A stretch of DNA of 64,000 bases from NCBI RefSeq assembly GCF_963921235.1, contig NC_086108.1, positions 7,068,001 through 7,132,000 of the forward strand. Reading direction: 5' to 3'. Origin of the DNA: Mobula hypostoma. Its lineage: Eukaryota. Below, one piece after another: positions 1 to 12,439 of the stretch; position 1 is the stretch's first letter; each line of letters begins with the position of its first letter. Under the pieces are notes generated by a model. It made no database searches, was not told where the DNA came from, and saw nothing but the letters and a program-made list of their open reading frames with translations. Made by a program: the position numbers and the translations under genes.

Positions 1-49
1 CATCACTGTCTAGTATGGGGGGTGGGGAGGAAGCACTGTACATGAATGA

Positions 50-460
50 AATAAGCTGCAGAACGTTGTGAACTCAGTCAGCCCCATCATGGGCTTTAGC
101 CTTCGGAGTATTCAGGACATCTTCAAGGAGCAATGCCTCAAAAAGGCTCTATCCATCACCAAGGACCCCCATCACCCAGGCCACGCCCTCTTCTCATTGT
201 TACCATCAGGGAGGAGGTACAGGAGCCTGAAGGCACACACTCAATGATTCAGGAACAGCTTCTTCCCCTCTGCCATCAGGTTTCTGAATGGACATTAAAC
301 CTATGAATGCTATCTCACTTTTTTTGGCACTGCTTATTATTTTAACTACTTAATATATATTTACTGTAATTCAGTTTTCAATTATGTATTGCAAAGTACT
401 GCTGCCACATAACAAAAAATTTCACGACATATGCCAGTGATATTAAACCTGATTCTGAGG
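50..460 (+). mobile_element. Rex1/Babar-type LINE 3' fragment
   Basis: Encodes the IxKDPHHPGHALFSLLPSGRRYRSLKAHTQxFRNSFFPSAIRFLN C-terminal motif, followed by the shared tail ending aaacctgattctga. Confidence 0.75.
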
Positions 461-529
461 TGTCATCTGGTAACTTCAGTCCTCAGGCCATTGGGAATTT
501 CCTCGACAAGGACGTTGCTGGTACTTGAC

Positions 530-1355
530 CTGAGTTACTAGGAAAGATTGAACACATTAGTACTCTATTCCCTAGAGCTTAAAAGAATGAGTAGAGATTT
601 GACATCATTGTCGTTACATGCCGTGTTGTTTGACGTAGACAGCCATGGTCCCATGACCATGATTGTTCTTAGCAAATGTTTCTACATAACTGGTTTACCA
701 TTGCCACCTTCTGGGCATTGTCTTCACAAGATGGGTGACTCAGCCATTATCAATACTCTTCAGAGATTGTCTGCCTGGTGTTCGTGGCCACATAATCAGG
801 ACTTGTGATATGCACCAGCCGCTCAGACAACCATCTATCACCTGCTCCCATGGCTTCACCTGGGGGGGGGGTGCTTAAGCATGCTACACCTTGCCCAAGG
901 GTGACCTGCAGGCTGGCAGAAGGAAGGAGCTCCTATGCCTGACACCTCCTTTGATAGCGATGTATTTTCACCCTGCCACTTGCAGATTTGATATAGGTAT
1001 ACAAAATTATGAGGGATACCGATAGACTAAGTGCAAGCGGGCTTTTTCCACTGAGATTGGGTGAGACTGTAACTAGAGGTAATGGGTTATGAGGGGAAAC
1101 ATGAAATATTTATGGGGAACATGAGCGAAGAACCTGTTCTTTCAGAGGGGTGGTGTGAGTGTGGAATGAGCTGCCAGTGGAAATGGTGGATACAAGTTCA
1201 GTTTCAACTTTAGGAAATTTGGATAGGTACTTGGATGGGAGGGGTATGGAGAGCTATGGTCCAGGTGCAGGTCGATGGGACGAGGGAGAATAGTTTGGCA
1301 TGGACTAGATTGACCAAAAAGCTGGTTTCTGTGCTGTAGTGCTCTATGACTCAAT
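530..1355 (+). mobile_element. CR1 LINE 3' end interrupted by a SINE
   Basis: CR1 ORF2 C-terminal remnants (LYSLELKRM..., ..TRGNGL.., RVVxVWNELP) and a tail with tgtagtgctctatgactc; halves rejoin across 603-983. Confidence 0.7.
603..983 (-). mobile_element. RTE-associated SINE-like element
   Basis: Same family as 11920-12297; flanked by the direct repeat agatttga (595-602 and 984-991). Confidence 0.75.
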
Positions 1356-2712
1356 AACTAACACAGTGTGAGGATTGTGCTCGGGGCATCCCACAAATGG
1401 TACCTACATTAGCAAGCTCATAACTTAATGATATTGTAGCCCACAACACTGTTGTAGCCTGATCTATTTTAATCTCTTACAGTATGAAATTCAGCTTTGT
1501 TCATAAACAAATTAAAAAAAAATACTGTCAGTTACAAAAACAATTAGTGCAGAAGACAAATAGTGAAGTGGCATTGGTGTACTGTTCAGAAATTCGATTT
1601 CACCCCCCCCCCCCCACATCCCTGGCTCTCATGGTCTCATTATTTATTGCTATTTATTTATTTTTGCATTTGCACAATTTGCTGTCTTCTGCACTCTGGT
1701 TGATCTTTCATTGATCCTGTTAGAGTTACTGTTCTATAGATTTGCTGAGTATGCCTGCAAAAGGATAAGGATGAATCTCAGTTGTACAATACGTGGCGAC
1801 ATATATGTACTGATAATAAAATTTACTTTGAACTTTAGAAATTTGCAAGAATATTTGACATACTAATTCTCCTCAACCTCCTAAATAAGTAGAGCCACTG
1901 GCAAGTCCTCTTACTGATGACATCAATGGGTTGGGCCCAGGATAGATCCTCTGAGAAGTTGGTGCCCAGGAATGCCCCTGATGCAAAGATCACTCTTACT
2001 CCTGTGTCAATTTGTGTAGGAGAGCAACAGATTTGCTCTGTGAACGGTGGGAAAGCTTAAAATGTTCTTCAGCACAGTAGAATGTCGGAGAGTGTAAGAA
2101 CTGAATGTATGACAGTACTGTCTAGCGGATGCTGCCTGGATTCCAGCTTCTGTGGACTTGCTTACATAAGGCATTCCCATGATAACTGATTAAGTAGGCA
2201 GATTCAATGTTAAATGTACACAATAGAGAGTATTTGTTTTTGGTACACCATGCGGTTGGACACCATATTAATATGTCATAAACACTTTGATATTAAAGCA
2301 CCACTCCCTGTTGTTATCTCCACATCCGATCTGTTCAAAATCCATCTGGTGAGCAAGATGTTCCTGTCACATTTCAGTGGACGAATGAGCTGCTTTTGCG
2401 TTTGCACAGAATATCAGCTCTAGTTAATTGTTGGCGCTTTCTCCAGGGACGAGAGCACTCAGATTCCTACGTCCGCCAGCTCGGCAAGATAAATGGAACC
2501 GCGCAGTAAACAACGCCCTTTTGCACACAGGCGTGTCTGCGTGTTTAATTGTTTTCAGGTGCTCATCTCCATGGATGTCCACGCTCTTATGTCTATGTGA
2601 TGTGTGATGAACAAGCATAAGACAAAGACCGCTTACCTGTAGCACATAAATTCAGAGTCAGAAATGATGGCGATCAATAGCTCCATTTAATATCAGAGAA
2701 TGTATACAATAT

Positions 2713-5700
2713 CATCATCATCATCATCATCATCAGGTGCCGTGCCCAGTTTGAGCTTTGACTGCCATGGCCCACACACTCCTGTTTCGGGTTAAGTGGA
2801 TCAATTCATTGGTATTCATTTCCAGTTCTCTGGTTGCTGTCTCCATCATCATTTGTCTTTGTCTTCCTTTAGCTTTCTTCCCTTCAATCTTTCCCATAAT
2901 TACAGTGCATTCTAACTCCTCTTTCCTAATCACATGTCCAATGAAGTTACGTTGCCTTTTCATGATCTCATACATTATTCCTCTTTTTGTGTTTGCTCTG
3001 TTCATGACATCCTCGTTAGATATTCGTTTCGTCCATTATATTCTTTGCATCCTCCTCAAAAGCCACATCTCGGCTGCTACAATTCGTCTCCTCATGTTAC
3101 TAGATCAGACATCCCACCTCTCCCGGAAGTTCCAGGAGTCTCCCGCATATTAATAGTGGCTCCCTGATGCCCGCAAATTATATACAATGTCCCAGAAATT
3201 GATTTTTTTTTGAGAGCGAGTGTGAGAGAACACGCGAAAAAGAGCGAGCACAAGAGCAAGAAAGCAAGCGAGAAAGAGACCATGAGAGAGACCATGAGAG
3301 AGAGAGAGAGAGAGCAAGAGCGAGAAAGCAAGCGCGAGAGAAAGCGACCACGAGCGAGAGAGCGCGCTCAAGACCAAGAGCGGGAGTGTTCCAAAAAAAG
3401 AAAATATGAAACGTACGTCACCCCAGACTACACTAAAGTGTACCCCTGCCTAATAGGGGTCAAAAATAATGACAGTGTTGCTCGCTGCACTGTTTGCAAC
3501 AGTGACTTTTCTATTGCCCATGGTGGGTAAAGACTGTAAAAGACATGGTGAGGTGAGTTTAACAGGTGTCATTCGTTCATTAGCATAGCTAACGTTATTT
3601 AAACTAGCTGGCCAGCTGCTAAGGAGCTACTCCATTGCAGACATCCCACCTCTCCCGGAAGTCTCCCGCAAATTGATGGTGCTACCTCCCTGAAATGAAT
3701 TTTGCGGGGTGGGATGTCTGCTAGATATTGTCCAACATTCTTAGCCATATAACATAACTGGATAAACATAACATTTCAGTTCCCTGAGGCAGGTTGTCAT
3801 GTTTAGTATTGGTCAGTATACTCTTCATTCTCGTAAAGGTGCCTTTTGCCATCCCTATTCTTCTTTTGATGTCCATGTCGCACCTGCCATCTGATGTCAC
3901 CCAGCTTCTGAAGTAGCAAAAGTTCTGTACTTGTTTTATGTCTTCCCTGTTTATTCTCAGCCTGCAGATAGGATTCTCCTTTTTGGATCTCACCATATAT
4001 TCTGTCTTTTTGCAATTGATAGTCCTATTTTTGCACTTTCTTCAACAATTATATCAATTAAAATTTTGTAGTTCTTCCTCCGTACTTGCAATTAACACAG
4101 TGTCATCTGCATATCTGAAATTATTGATGTTTTCACCACCAACTTTGATTCCCAAGATGTCTCTTATTTTTGTAATATTGTTTCACTGTACACACTAAAT
4201 AAATCGGGAGAAAACACACCCTTGTCTAACGCCTCTCTTGATTTTCGTAAGCTGACTCACTTCTCCATCTATTCTTACGGCGGCAGTTTGTTCCCAGTAC
4301 AGATTTCTGATTCGACAGAGGTCTTTCGAATCTAGATCTAGAGTTTTCTGTAATATTTCAAATAACTTATTGTGCTTCACTTTATCAAATGCTTTTGTGT
4401 AGTCGATAAAACAAACAAACAAATCTTTTTGCACTTGAATAGCTCATTCTGATAGTATCCTTAACATCAATATTGTGTTTCTTGTACCTTTATCTTTCAC
4501 AAAACCACATTGTTCTTTGCCTATTTCAGTTTGTATCTTACTTTTAGTTCTTGTCATCAAAATCCTTAAAAGTATCTTGGTGATATGACTCATTAAACTT
4601 ATGGTCCTATGTAATTCACATTCTATTGCTCCAGGTTTCTTAGGAAGAGTGATAAATACTGATTTTTTTTTTCCCCCATCTCTTCCTGTATTATTTCAGT
4701 CTCATAAATGTCATTGATTAAATCAGTAAGTTTTTCAATTCCATAATCTTCAAGGGCAAAAATTTGTTCTATTACTAATTCACCAGGACCTGCTGCCTTT
4801 CTTCATCTTATTTATTGCATTATGAACTTCAGATTTTAAAATACTTGGACCTTCAATGTTTTTCTTAATTTCTGGTTTTTCGCCTCGATCGTCTTCAAAC
4901 AATTCCTGAACATACTCAGTCCATCGGTTCATAATCTCATTTTTTTCCATGACAATGGTACCATCCTTTGCTTTCAAACATCCACCTGAAGAACAGAGGA
5001 GCTTTTTACCAGTGATATTCTTGATTTGTTGATGTAACCTTTTTGGATCAGTAATAGGGATTCTTTCTATTTGCTCACATTCCTGGTTTAACCATTCTTC
5101 TTTGGCTTTTTGACATAAGCTTTTAACTTTTTTATCTAAGGACTTGTATTCTATAGGATTTGCTTTCTTCCATCTCCCTTCTTCCATTAGATTTTTGATT
5201 TCATCTGTCATCCATTTATTCTTTGTGCTTTTTTCTTTTTTAGGAATCACTGACTTTGCTGATTCTACCAAGGTATCCTTTAGAGAGTTAAATTTCATTT
5301 CTACATGATTGCTATCATCTTCAACCAATTCTATTTCTAGACTTTGAAATCTATTCCTTACTTCAATTGTAAATTTTTGTCCCTTAAGTTTTCTTCTTTA
5401 ATTAATTGCGAGTAGTCAAGGGATTGTTCAGGTTTTTGCTTCTTTAGTTTTTTAAGTTTTACTTTTACATGACATACTACTGGGTTACGGTCACTATTAC
5501 AGTCTACACCTGGATATGTTTTGTATTGAGTCACTGAGTTTCTAAATCTTTGGTTTATAGCAATAAGGTCAATTTGATTTCTAGTGTTATCACCTGGACT
5601 TTTCCAGGACCACAAGCATCTTGGATGGTTTTTAAAGTAGGTATTCATAATGACCTGATTATTCATCTTGCACCATTCTACCCATTTCTCACCTCTTTCA

Positions 5701-6063
5701 TTTCTTTCCCCTAGTCCAAATTTTCCTATGGTATTTCCATCAGCACCTTGTCCTACTTTAGCATTTAGATCTTCCATGACAATAACAATATCTTGAGATT
5801 TGCATCCATTCTTTGCTTGTTCAAGCTCTTCATAGAATTTATCTATATCCTCATTTGTTCTATCTGTTGTTGGTGCATATACCTATATAAACTGCTAAAT
5901 CAAATGGTTGTCCTCTGAATCTAACAAGGACCACTCTTTCTGATATTGCCCAATGTCCTAAAACACTTTCTGCCATGTTTTCATCCATAAGAATTCTTAC
6001 TCCATTAGGATGTATGGGATGTTCCACAAGAATAAATTATTGTTTTATTTATATTCTGACGTG
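2713..6063 (-). mobile_element. 5'-truncated RTE-clade LINE (APE endonuclease remnant plus reverse transcriptase, frameshifted)
   Basis: ORF fragments DLNAKVG..FGLGERNERGE..TRNQIDLIAI (APE), FVCFIDYTKAFDKV..KRGVRQGCV and RYADD (RT), C-terminal GKIEGKKAKGRQR; (TGA)n tail at 2713-2735; 12-bp TSD tgtatacaatat at 2701-2712 and 6064-6075. Confidence 0.92.
3106..3720 (+). mobile_element. Non-autonomous hAT-like DNA transposon with BED-type zinc-finger remnant, inserted in the RTE
   Basis: 13-bp TIRs CAGACATCCCACC / GGTGGGATGTCTG; 6-bp TSD ctagat (3100-3105, 3721-3726); removing it restores the RTE frame ECWTISSNMRRR. Internal peptide ARCTVCNSDFSIAHGG*DCKRH. Confidence 0.85.
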
Positions 6064-6559
6064 TGTATACAATATACAGCCTGAAATTCTTGCTCCTCAC
6101 AAACATCCACAAAAACAGAAGAGTATCCCAAAGAATGAGTAATCGTAAAAACATTAGAACCCCAAAGCCACCCTTCTTCCTCCCACGCACAAGCAGCAGC
6201 AAAGCATCAAACCTTCCCCCTCCCTCACCCCACTTAATTCAGCAAGAAACATCAGCACCCAGCACTCACCAAACAAGCAATAGAAAAGCCTCCAAGGGAC
6301 CATGATATCTGCAGTACAACAAAAACTCATCATTCACCCGACAATTTGATTTCACAGTCTCTCTCGCCCTCTCTAAGAAAGGGGCAGAGAGGACTCGCTC
6401 AGCAAGAGCGGATAAAAACAAAACAACTGACTATTTGTGGTGCCGCATTGGTGTTTCTTAAGTTCTCCGATTTCAGAATCGGCCGCAAACTCTCTCCTAC
6501 CACAGAGAGAGCGAACGATTTGTCAGGTACCAAGACCTCTGACAGTTGAGCGGCTGTTC

Positions 6560-7280
6560 CCGATATTTCATTTTCTCCCACGATGCTTCAGTCACTGGAG
6601 AGGATCAGCAACTTTAAATTCCTGGGTGTATCTGTCTCAGAGGACCTGTCCCGGACCCATCATGTAAATATAATTGCAAAGAAAGCATGACAGCGCCTCT
6701 ACTTCCTCAGGAGTCTTAGGAGATTCGGCATGTCATCAGAAACTTTGGCAAACTTCAATAGATGTGTGGTGTTAAGTGTGCTGACTGGCTGCATTATGGC
6801 CTAGTATGGGAACACCAATGCCTTTGAGTGGATTTGGCCCAGTATATCATGGGTAAAACCCTCCCAACCATTGAGCACATCTACATGAAATGTTGCCATA
6901 GAAAAACAGCTTCCATCATCAAAGATCCCCACCACCCAGGCTATGCTCTTTTCTCCCTGCTGCCATCGGGTGGAAGGTACAGGTGCCTCAGAACACCACC
7001 AGCTTCAAGAGCAGTTACTACCTCTCACCCAACAGGCTCCTGAACAAAAGGGGTAAGATAACTACACCCATTCGACTTCTGGTGTTCCGACAACCGGTGG
7101 TCTTACATTTCATGCTCATTATTTCTTTGCTATTTCTTTATATTTGCATTTGGACAGTCTGTTGTCCATTGATCCTTTTTACAATTATTGTTCTACAGAT
7201 TTGTTAAGTATGCCTGCAGGAAAAGGAATCTAGGGGTTGTATGTAGTGACACATATGTATTCTAACAGATTTTGCTTAAA
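6560..7280 (+). mobile_element. Rex1/Babar-type LINE 3' fragment
   Basis: FKFLGV..SEDLS.., AKKAxQRLYFLRSL, IIKDPHHPGYALFSLLPSG motifs. Confidence 0.75.
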
Positions 7281-7409
7281 GCTTTTAGTCAGCGACACTG
7301 GCTAGGAATTGGTTCATCCACAGGGCCGTGAAGCCTCAGAACCCTGAAGGTGGGGTTGTCTTCTAGGCTGCATCCTTGGATAGCCCAGATTCTGAGCTAT
7401 ATTATTATA

Positions 7410-7471
7410 TATCCCAAAATCCAAACACTTCTTCAGGCCCCAAGCATTTGGGATAAGGAGCACTCAACCTG
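7410..7471 (-). mobile_element. Tigger/pogo-type terminal fragment (MER46/Tigger4-like end)
   Basis: Reverse complement reads CAGGTTGAGTGCTCCTTATCCCAAATGCTTGGGGCCTGAAGAAGTGTTTGGATTTT; no partner end seen. Confidence 0.5.
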
Positions 7472-7694
7472 TTTTAGAATATCGTGGCTTCTGTGAATTA
7501 CTGAAATAAGTCGAGGCATGGTTATGATTCATGATCATACAGTTTGCAGCAATAAAGTTCTGGTGAGCTTGCAAGTCATCCTGTGTGCAATATCCTCATG
7601 TCAGTAGTGATTCACTGGTTAGCACTCTCATCTCTATGTTAAATCCACTTTGGGGACTTGATGGCAATTTTAACTGAGTAGGTGCTGAGCTATT

Positions 7695-8595
7695 AATAGA
7701 CCATAAGTCATAAGAGCAGAATTGAGCGATTTGGCTCATCAAATCTGCTCCACCATGGCTGATTTATTATTCCTCCCCCCCAACCCCATTCTCCTGCCTT
7801 CTCCCAGTAATCTTTGACATCGTGACTAATCAAGAACCTATTAACCTCCACTTTGAATACACCCAATGAACTGGCCTCCACAGCTGACTATGACAATGAA
7901 TTCCACAGATTCACAACGATTCTGGCTAAAGTAGTTCCCCCTTAACATTGTCCTACTACAAAAAACATCTTCCCCACTTCCACTCTTATCCAGATCTTTC
8001 AATATTGGATAGGTTTCTTCCCTTCCCTTCCCCCCACCCCCCATTCTATTAAACTTCCAGCAAGTTCAGGCCCAGAACCATTAAACCCTCCTCATACGTT
8101 AACCCTCTCATTCCCTGAATCATTCTTGTGAGCTTCTGTATCCTCTCTGATACTGACACATCCTTTCCTAGAGAGGGGCCCAACACTGCTCACAGTATTC
8201 CTAGTATAGCCTGAACAATTCCTGATGAAACCTCAGCATTACATCCTTGCTTTTATATTAAAACGAATGCTAATGAATTTATGAAAGAAATTAATGCTGT
8301 CTTGTGAGGTATTAAACCTGGGATTTTGAGTAGATTAAACAAAAATAGATGAAGCTTATAGTCCTTTTATACTTGTTTACGGAAACTGCTGAGTACATGC
8401 AAGCTATAGGCTTCCTGTATAGTAGACCATAAGACGTAGGAGCAGAATTAGGACATTCTGTCCATTGAGTCTCCAGCATTCTATCATGCCTGATTTGTTT
8501 TATCTTCTCAACCCCTTTCTGCTGGCTTCTCTCCAAATCTTTGATGCCCTGAGTAATCAGCCTCTACTTTAAATATACCCAATGATTTGACCTAT
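7695..8595 (-). mobile_element. Two CR1 LINE 3' fragments (7695-8270 and 8420-8595)
   Basis: CR1 tails (agaccataag..aggagcagaatt..) and ORF2 C-terminal remnants. Confidence 0.7.
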
Positions 8596-8730
8596 TTTTT
8601 TTTCTTCAGACAGCAAATACCTTGAGTACAGCAGTAGAGTTTTACTAGCAGTTTGGGATCAGCTGAGGAGCTGAAAATTATGTTGAATGGCAAGGTAGTC
8701 TTGATGGACCAGTAGGCTAGATCCACTCTT

Positions 8731-8945
8731 AAGCAACACACAAATGCTGGAGGTACTCAGCAGGTCAGGCAGAGTATAGTTAAGAATTTAACAGTTGACG
8801 TTTTGGGCCAAGACCCTTCTTCAGGACTGGAAAGGAAGGGGAAAGATGCCAGAATAAAAAGTTGGGGCGAGGGGGAGGAGGAGAGCCAGAAGCTGATAGG
8901 TGAAGCCAGGTGGGTAGGAATGATGAGGGCTGTAGAGGAAGGCAT
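8731..8945 (-). mobile_element. Penelope-like pLTR fragment with decayed hammerhead
   Basis: Minus strand reads agtc-CTGAAGA-agggtcttggccc-AAAA-cgtc-aact, then the family's tgcctgacctgctgag..ctccagcatttgtgtgttgc end. Confidence 0.7.
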
Positions 8946-10822
8946 CTCCAGTTTCCTTGTCGTTTGGTACGTAGCTGAGCCTGGATGTTACTGACTATAG
9001 GATATATTCATGGTTGAAATAAGAATGCAGCATCTTGCCAACCATTCAGATCTGTTGACTTCCAGCAGCAGTCGCTGGCGTAACACTCAGTGGCCACTTT
9101 CCTCCTCCCAGCTCGGACGTAGCGCCGGTGGGAACCCTCCCAGCGTCTGTACCTGGGTGATGGTGGAGAGCAGAGCAACAATTTGCGAAAGTGAAAAATA
9201 GATCTGTGTTTTGAGAATTGCTTGAAATTACTTGCAGTAATACCACTTTTCCTTTAAGCATTATTGGATTCATTCCACCAGGTCCTGGTTACATAAATAT
9301 TGTATTTTAGTGAATATTTCATGACTGGCCTACAGTTCCACTGAACTTCACGTACAGTCTCATTACTGGCTTAGCCATGTCACCATATTTCCAGTGGAGG
9401 AAACAGCTGCTAAACTCCTTTCACTGTCCCTGCAGCTATTTTTCCCCATTTTCTTCTGTGTGTCTCCAAAGAATGTTCTTCTGTGTGCCATCCTGTTTAT
9501 TTTGTTTTTCTTATCTTGTTTCCTCCTGTCTAATCTTCTTTCGGAGCTTTTAGCAATTAGTAATCTGATACTTATTGATTTAATCTTTTAGCTTTTCTTT
9601 TCCCTGCCCTTTCCCTACCCACAGCTTTGAGTCCTTTCCCTACCCACAGCTTTGAGTCCTTTCGCAGCTTGCCCGGAGGTGGTTCGGCCATCTGACCAAA
9701 TTTACAACAGCTTGCCCCGAGGTGATTCGGCCATTCTGGGAGGGCCTGTGACAGCTTGCCCTGAGGCAGCTCAGCTATTCTGAACAAACCTACAACCGGC
9801 TTGCCCTGGGGTGGTTTCCCACATGTCTCTGAGTTATGACTAGCAGTGTGCTTGTACTTCCAGAATCTCCAGTTGAACTAATTGAATAGAGTTGAGTTGC
9901 ACTAAATGCATCAAAACAAAGCAGAGCTCGCTTTCATAAAATTTTAACATAATTGAAATTTTTTAAAAAACGCAGTTACATTGAATTTAATATAACTTCA
10001 GATAACTGGCCATTCCTGCCTTGCCTCTCACATTTCCTGCATTTTTTTTATTCCCTCGCTCTAAATTTCAGCTTTTATTCATATCTCTTTACACCTCCCC
10101 AAGCATACTTCTTACTTCCAGCCTTTATAGAAGTTTCTTTCACTTCTTAAATCTTTTTCTTTTAAATGTGGTTCTGGTACTGTTGGAGCCTGTTACCTAC
10201 AGTTTGATCGTGTGTTTTCGAGCCAATTGAACAATCTGGCGCTTTGCTGTCTCTGAGAGGATTCCAGGAGGCGAGTGGGCACAAGCCCCGTGATTGACTC
10301 CATTTCTCACCAATTAAAGCAACAAGGAAGATTGATAACATCGAGGTGAATGCAGAAGATGAGTGAGTGTTCAGCGCCATCAACAAGCCTCTCGCTCATT
10401 GTTGCCAGAGGAAGGTGTCTGCAAGTGACTGTCTCTGTCTCCCTCTTGCTCACTGCTCCTGGGGCGAAGTTCTGGATCTGCAGTTTGTAGATCGGACTGT
10501 AGTTCATATTGATATGTTTCTGGTTACTCCTTTTTCTGTTGCTATTGGGCGGCTTTGAATCGGGGCACTTGCAGATAATGAACACTAAGCTGAACTGAAT
10601 ATGGAGTCTTTCCATCGTGTGTGTTATACCCTGTGTTTCCGCTTGTTCTTTCTTGTTGCCGTTTGCGTGATTTGTTTTTGCGCTTGGGCGGGTGTTTGAT
10701 GCTTTCCTTTGAATGGGTTCCGTGTTTTCTTAGTTTCGTGGCTGCCTGTAGGAGAAGACAAATCTCAGGGTTGTATACTGCAAACATACTTCGATAATAA
10801 ATGCATATCGAATCCTCTATAG

Positions 10823-11554
10823 TGTTACATACCTCATGGATATCTTGTGACTGTGGTATCTTATGATCATGAAGTAATGGTCGTTGATGGTGGGGTGATG
10901 TAATTTTCCCGCCAGTGTGAGGTCACGTGATGACATGTTCGCCACGGGTATAAAAGGTGTCATGTCATTACAATACTTCTATTGTAAGTAGTATTGGAGA
11001 GTGAAGACCTTACCAAAGTACAGGAATTCGCCGAGTCGAGTAAAGCTGATATCGTTCGGCGATTTTGGAGAGGATCAACCTTTATTGAACCTTCGTTCAA
11101 GAAATGGTGATCTGCATGAGATAAACCTCTGCTCAAGCAGGAAGGGTTGTGCAGTGTCTATTCTCCAGAAGAAAAGGTCAGTTCCTTTAAACCGTTTTAT
11201 TTCCGTCATGGTGAATCCTGCGGACAAGGCAGTTTCTGGCTGGGATCAGCAGTAATGTCACGTCTTGGAGGAATTCTTTACTTCAGGAAAGTCTCTCCTA
11301 ATTGACTGTATAAATCTCTTGGACTTCCAAATTTACCATTCTAAGAACTGTGTTCGAATTTACCACTTTTAAGAACTGTTTTCGCATTTACCCTTTTCAG
11401 AACTGTTCCAGAGTTACCGTATAGCAGTTAACTTCCGGTTAAGTTAGTTGTTTAAATACATTTCGCTATTTTTTTGAGCAGAGTTTAGTAAATGTCTGTT
11501 TGTTTTTATAAAACCTGACTCAATTCTATATTCATTGTTGCCGGTCACGTGACA
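10823..11554 (+). mobile_element. Solo LTR (Gypsy/ERV-type), 732 bp
   Basis: TGTTAC...GTGACA termini, perfect 4-bp TSD atag (10819-10822, 11555-11558), TATA-like gggtataaaagg near 10946, AGTAAA near 11487. Confidence 0.85.
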
Positions 11555-11919
11555 ATAGTCAACCTGTGTCGCTCGCCTTTCTGGTTATCCAGCCAAACAC
11601 ACACTTTTTCATTCTCTTTCCAAGTCCCCATTTTCTGCAGTGTTAAACTTCCATTCGAGTCTTTTCCCTATTCTGTAGGGTGATTAATCTGCATTATTTC
11701 CTCTACCCTCCTTCCACAGATGCTGTTGAGTGCTTACAGAACTTTGTGTTATTTTGGTTTCATTTGGAAGAGATAAAGTCTCTTTCTGGAATTAATTAGA
11801 AAACTTCCCAATGTTGTTTTTATACATGAAGCTTTATTATTTTGACAGATGAGATCCAGTAGCTTCTGTTGACTCAAATCAGCTGCATTTTATTTTTAAC
11901 TTGGTTAATGTTTCCCTTC

Positions 11920-12297
11920 GGGTGGCGGGGTAAAGATCATCTCTACCATAGGAAGTGTAAAGTGCTCCTTCCCTCCGCTCGCCTGCAGGTCACTCTTGGG
12001 CAAGGTGTAGCACCTGCCTAGGCCTTCCTCCCCCTGGATCAGGGTCACGGGATATGGGAGCAGGTGGTGGATGGTTGTATGAGCAGCTGGTGCATATCGC
12101 AAGTCCTGGTTATGCGACCACTGACACCAGGCAGACAATCTCTGAAGAGTATTGATAATGGCTGGGTCACCCATCTTGTAAAGACACTGCCCAGAAGGCG
12201 ATGGTAAATCTCTTCTGTAGAAAAAGAATTTCCATAAACAATCTTGGTCAAAGACCATGATCGTCCACGGCATGTGACATGGCACATGATGATGATG
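11920..12297 (+). mobile_element. RTE-associated SINE-like element (near full length)
   Basis: About 380-bp unit recurring at 603, 31110/31586, 41601, 41850 and 60178; BovB/Sauria-like gaaggcaatggcaaaccacttc motif; (TGA)n tail. Confidence 0.75.
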
Positions 12298-12439
12298 GTG
12301 TTCTATTTATAGAAACATAGAAAATTAGAAACAGACCATTCAGTCCTTCGTGTCCACCAATCAATGTTACCTCAGTGTCCTATCCCTCCATGTGTGTTTT
12401 ATGGGTTCACTGCCAAAAAACACAATTATTGATAAACAG

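Noticed and set aside
2400..2660. CpG-enriched unique stretch with a minus-strand CAG|GTAAGC as promoter or exon
   Set aside because: Too short for a CpG island and no recognisable coding frame or matching acceptor. Donor-like sites near 12975 and 16417 are likewise unsupported as PAK4 5' UTR exons.
3210..3530. 106-aa R/E-rich ORF as a host gene
   Set aside because: GA-rich simple sequence running into a transposase zinc-finger remnant that ends in a stop, all between TIRs.
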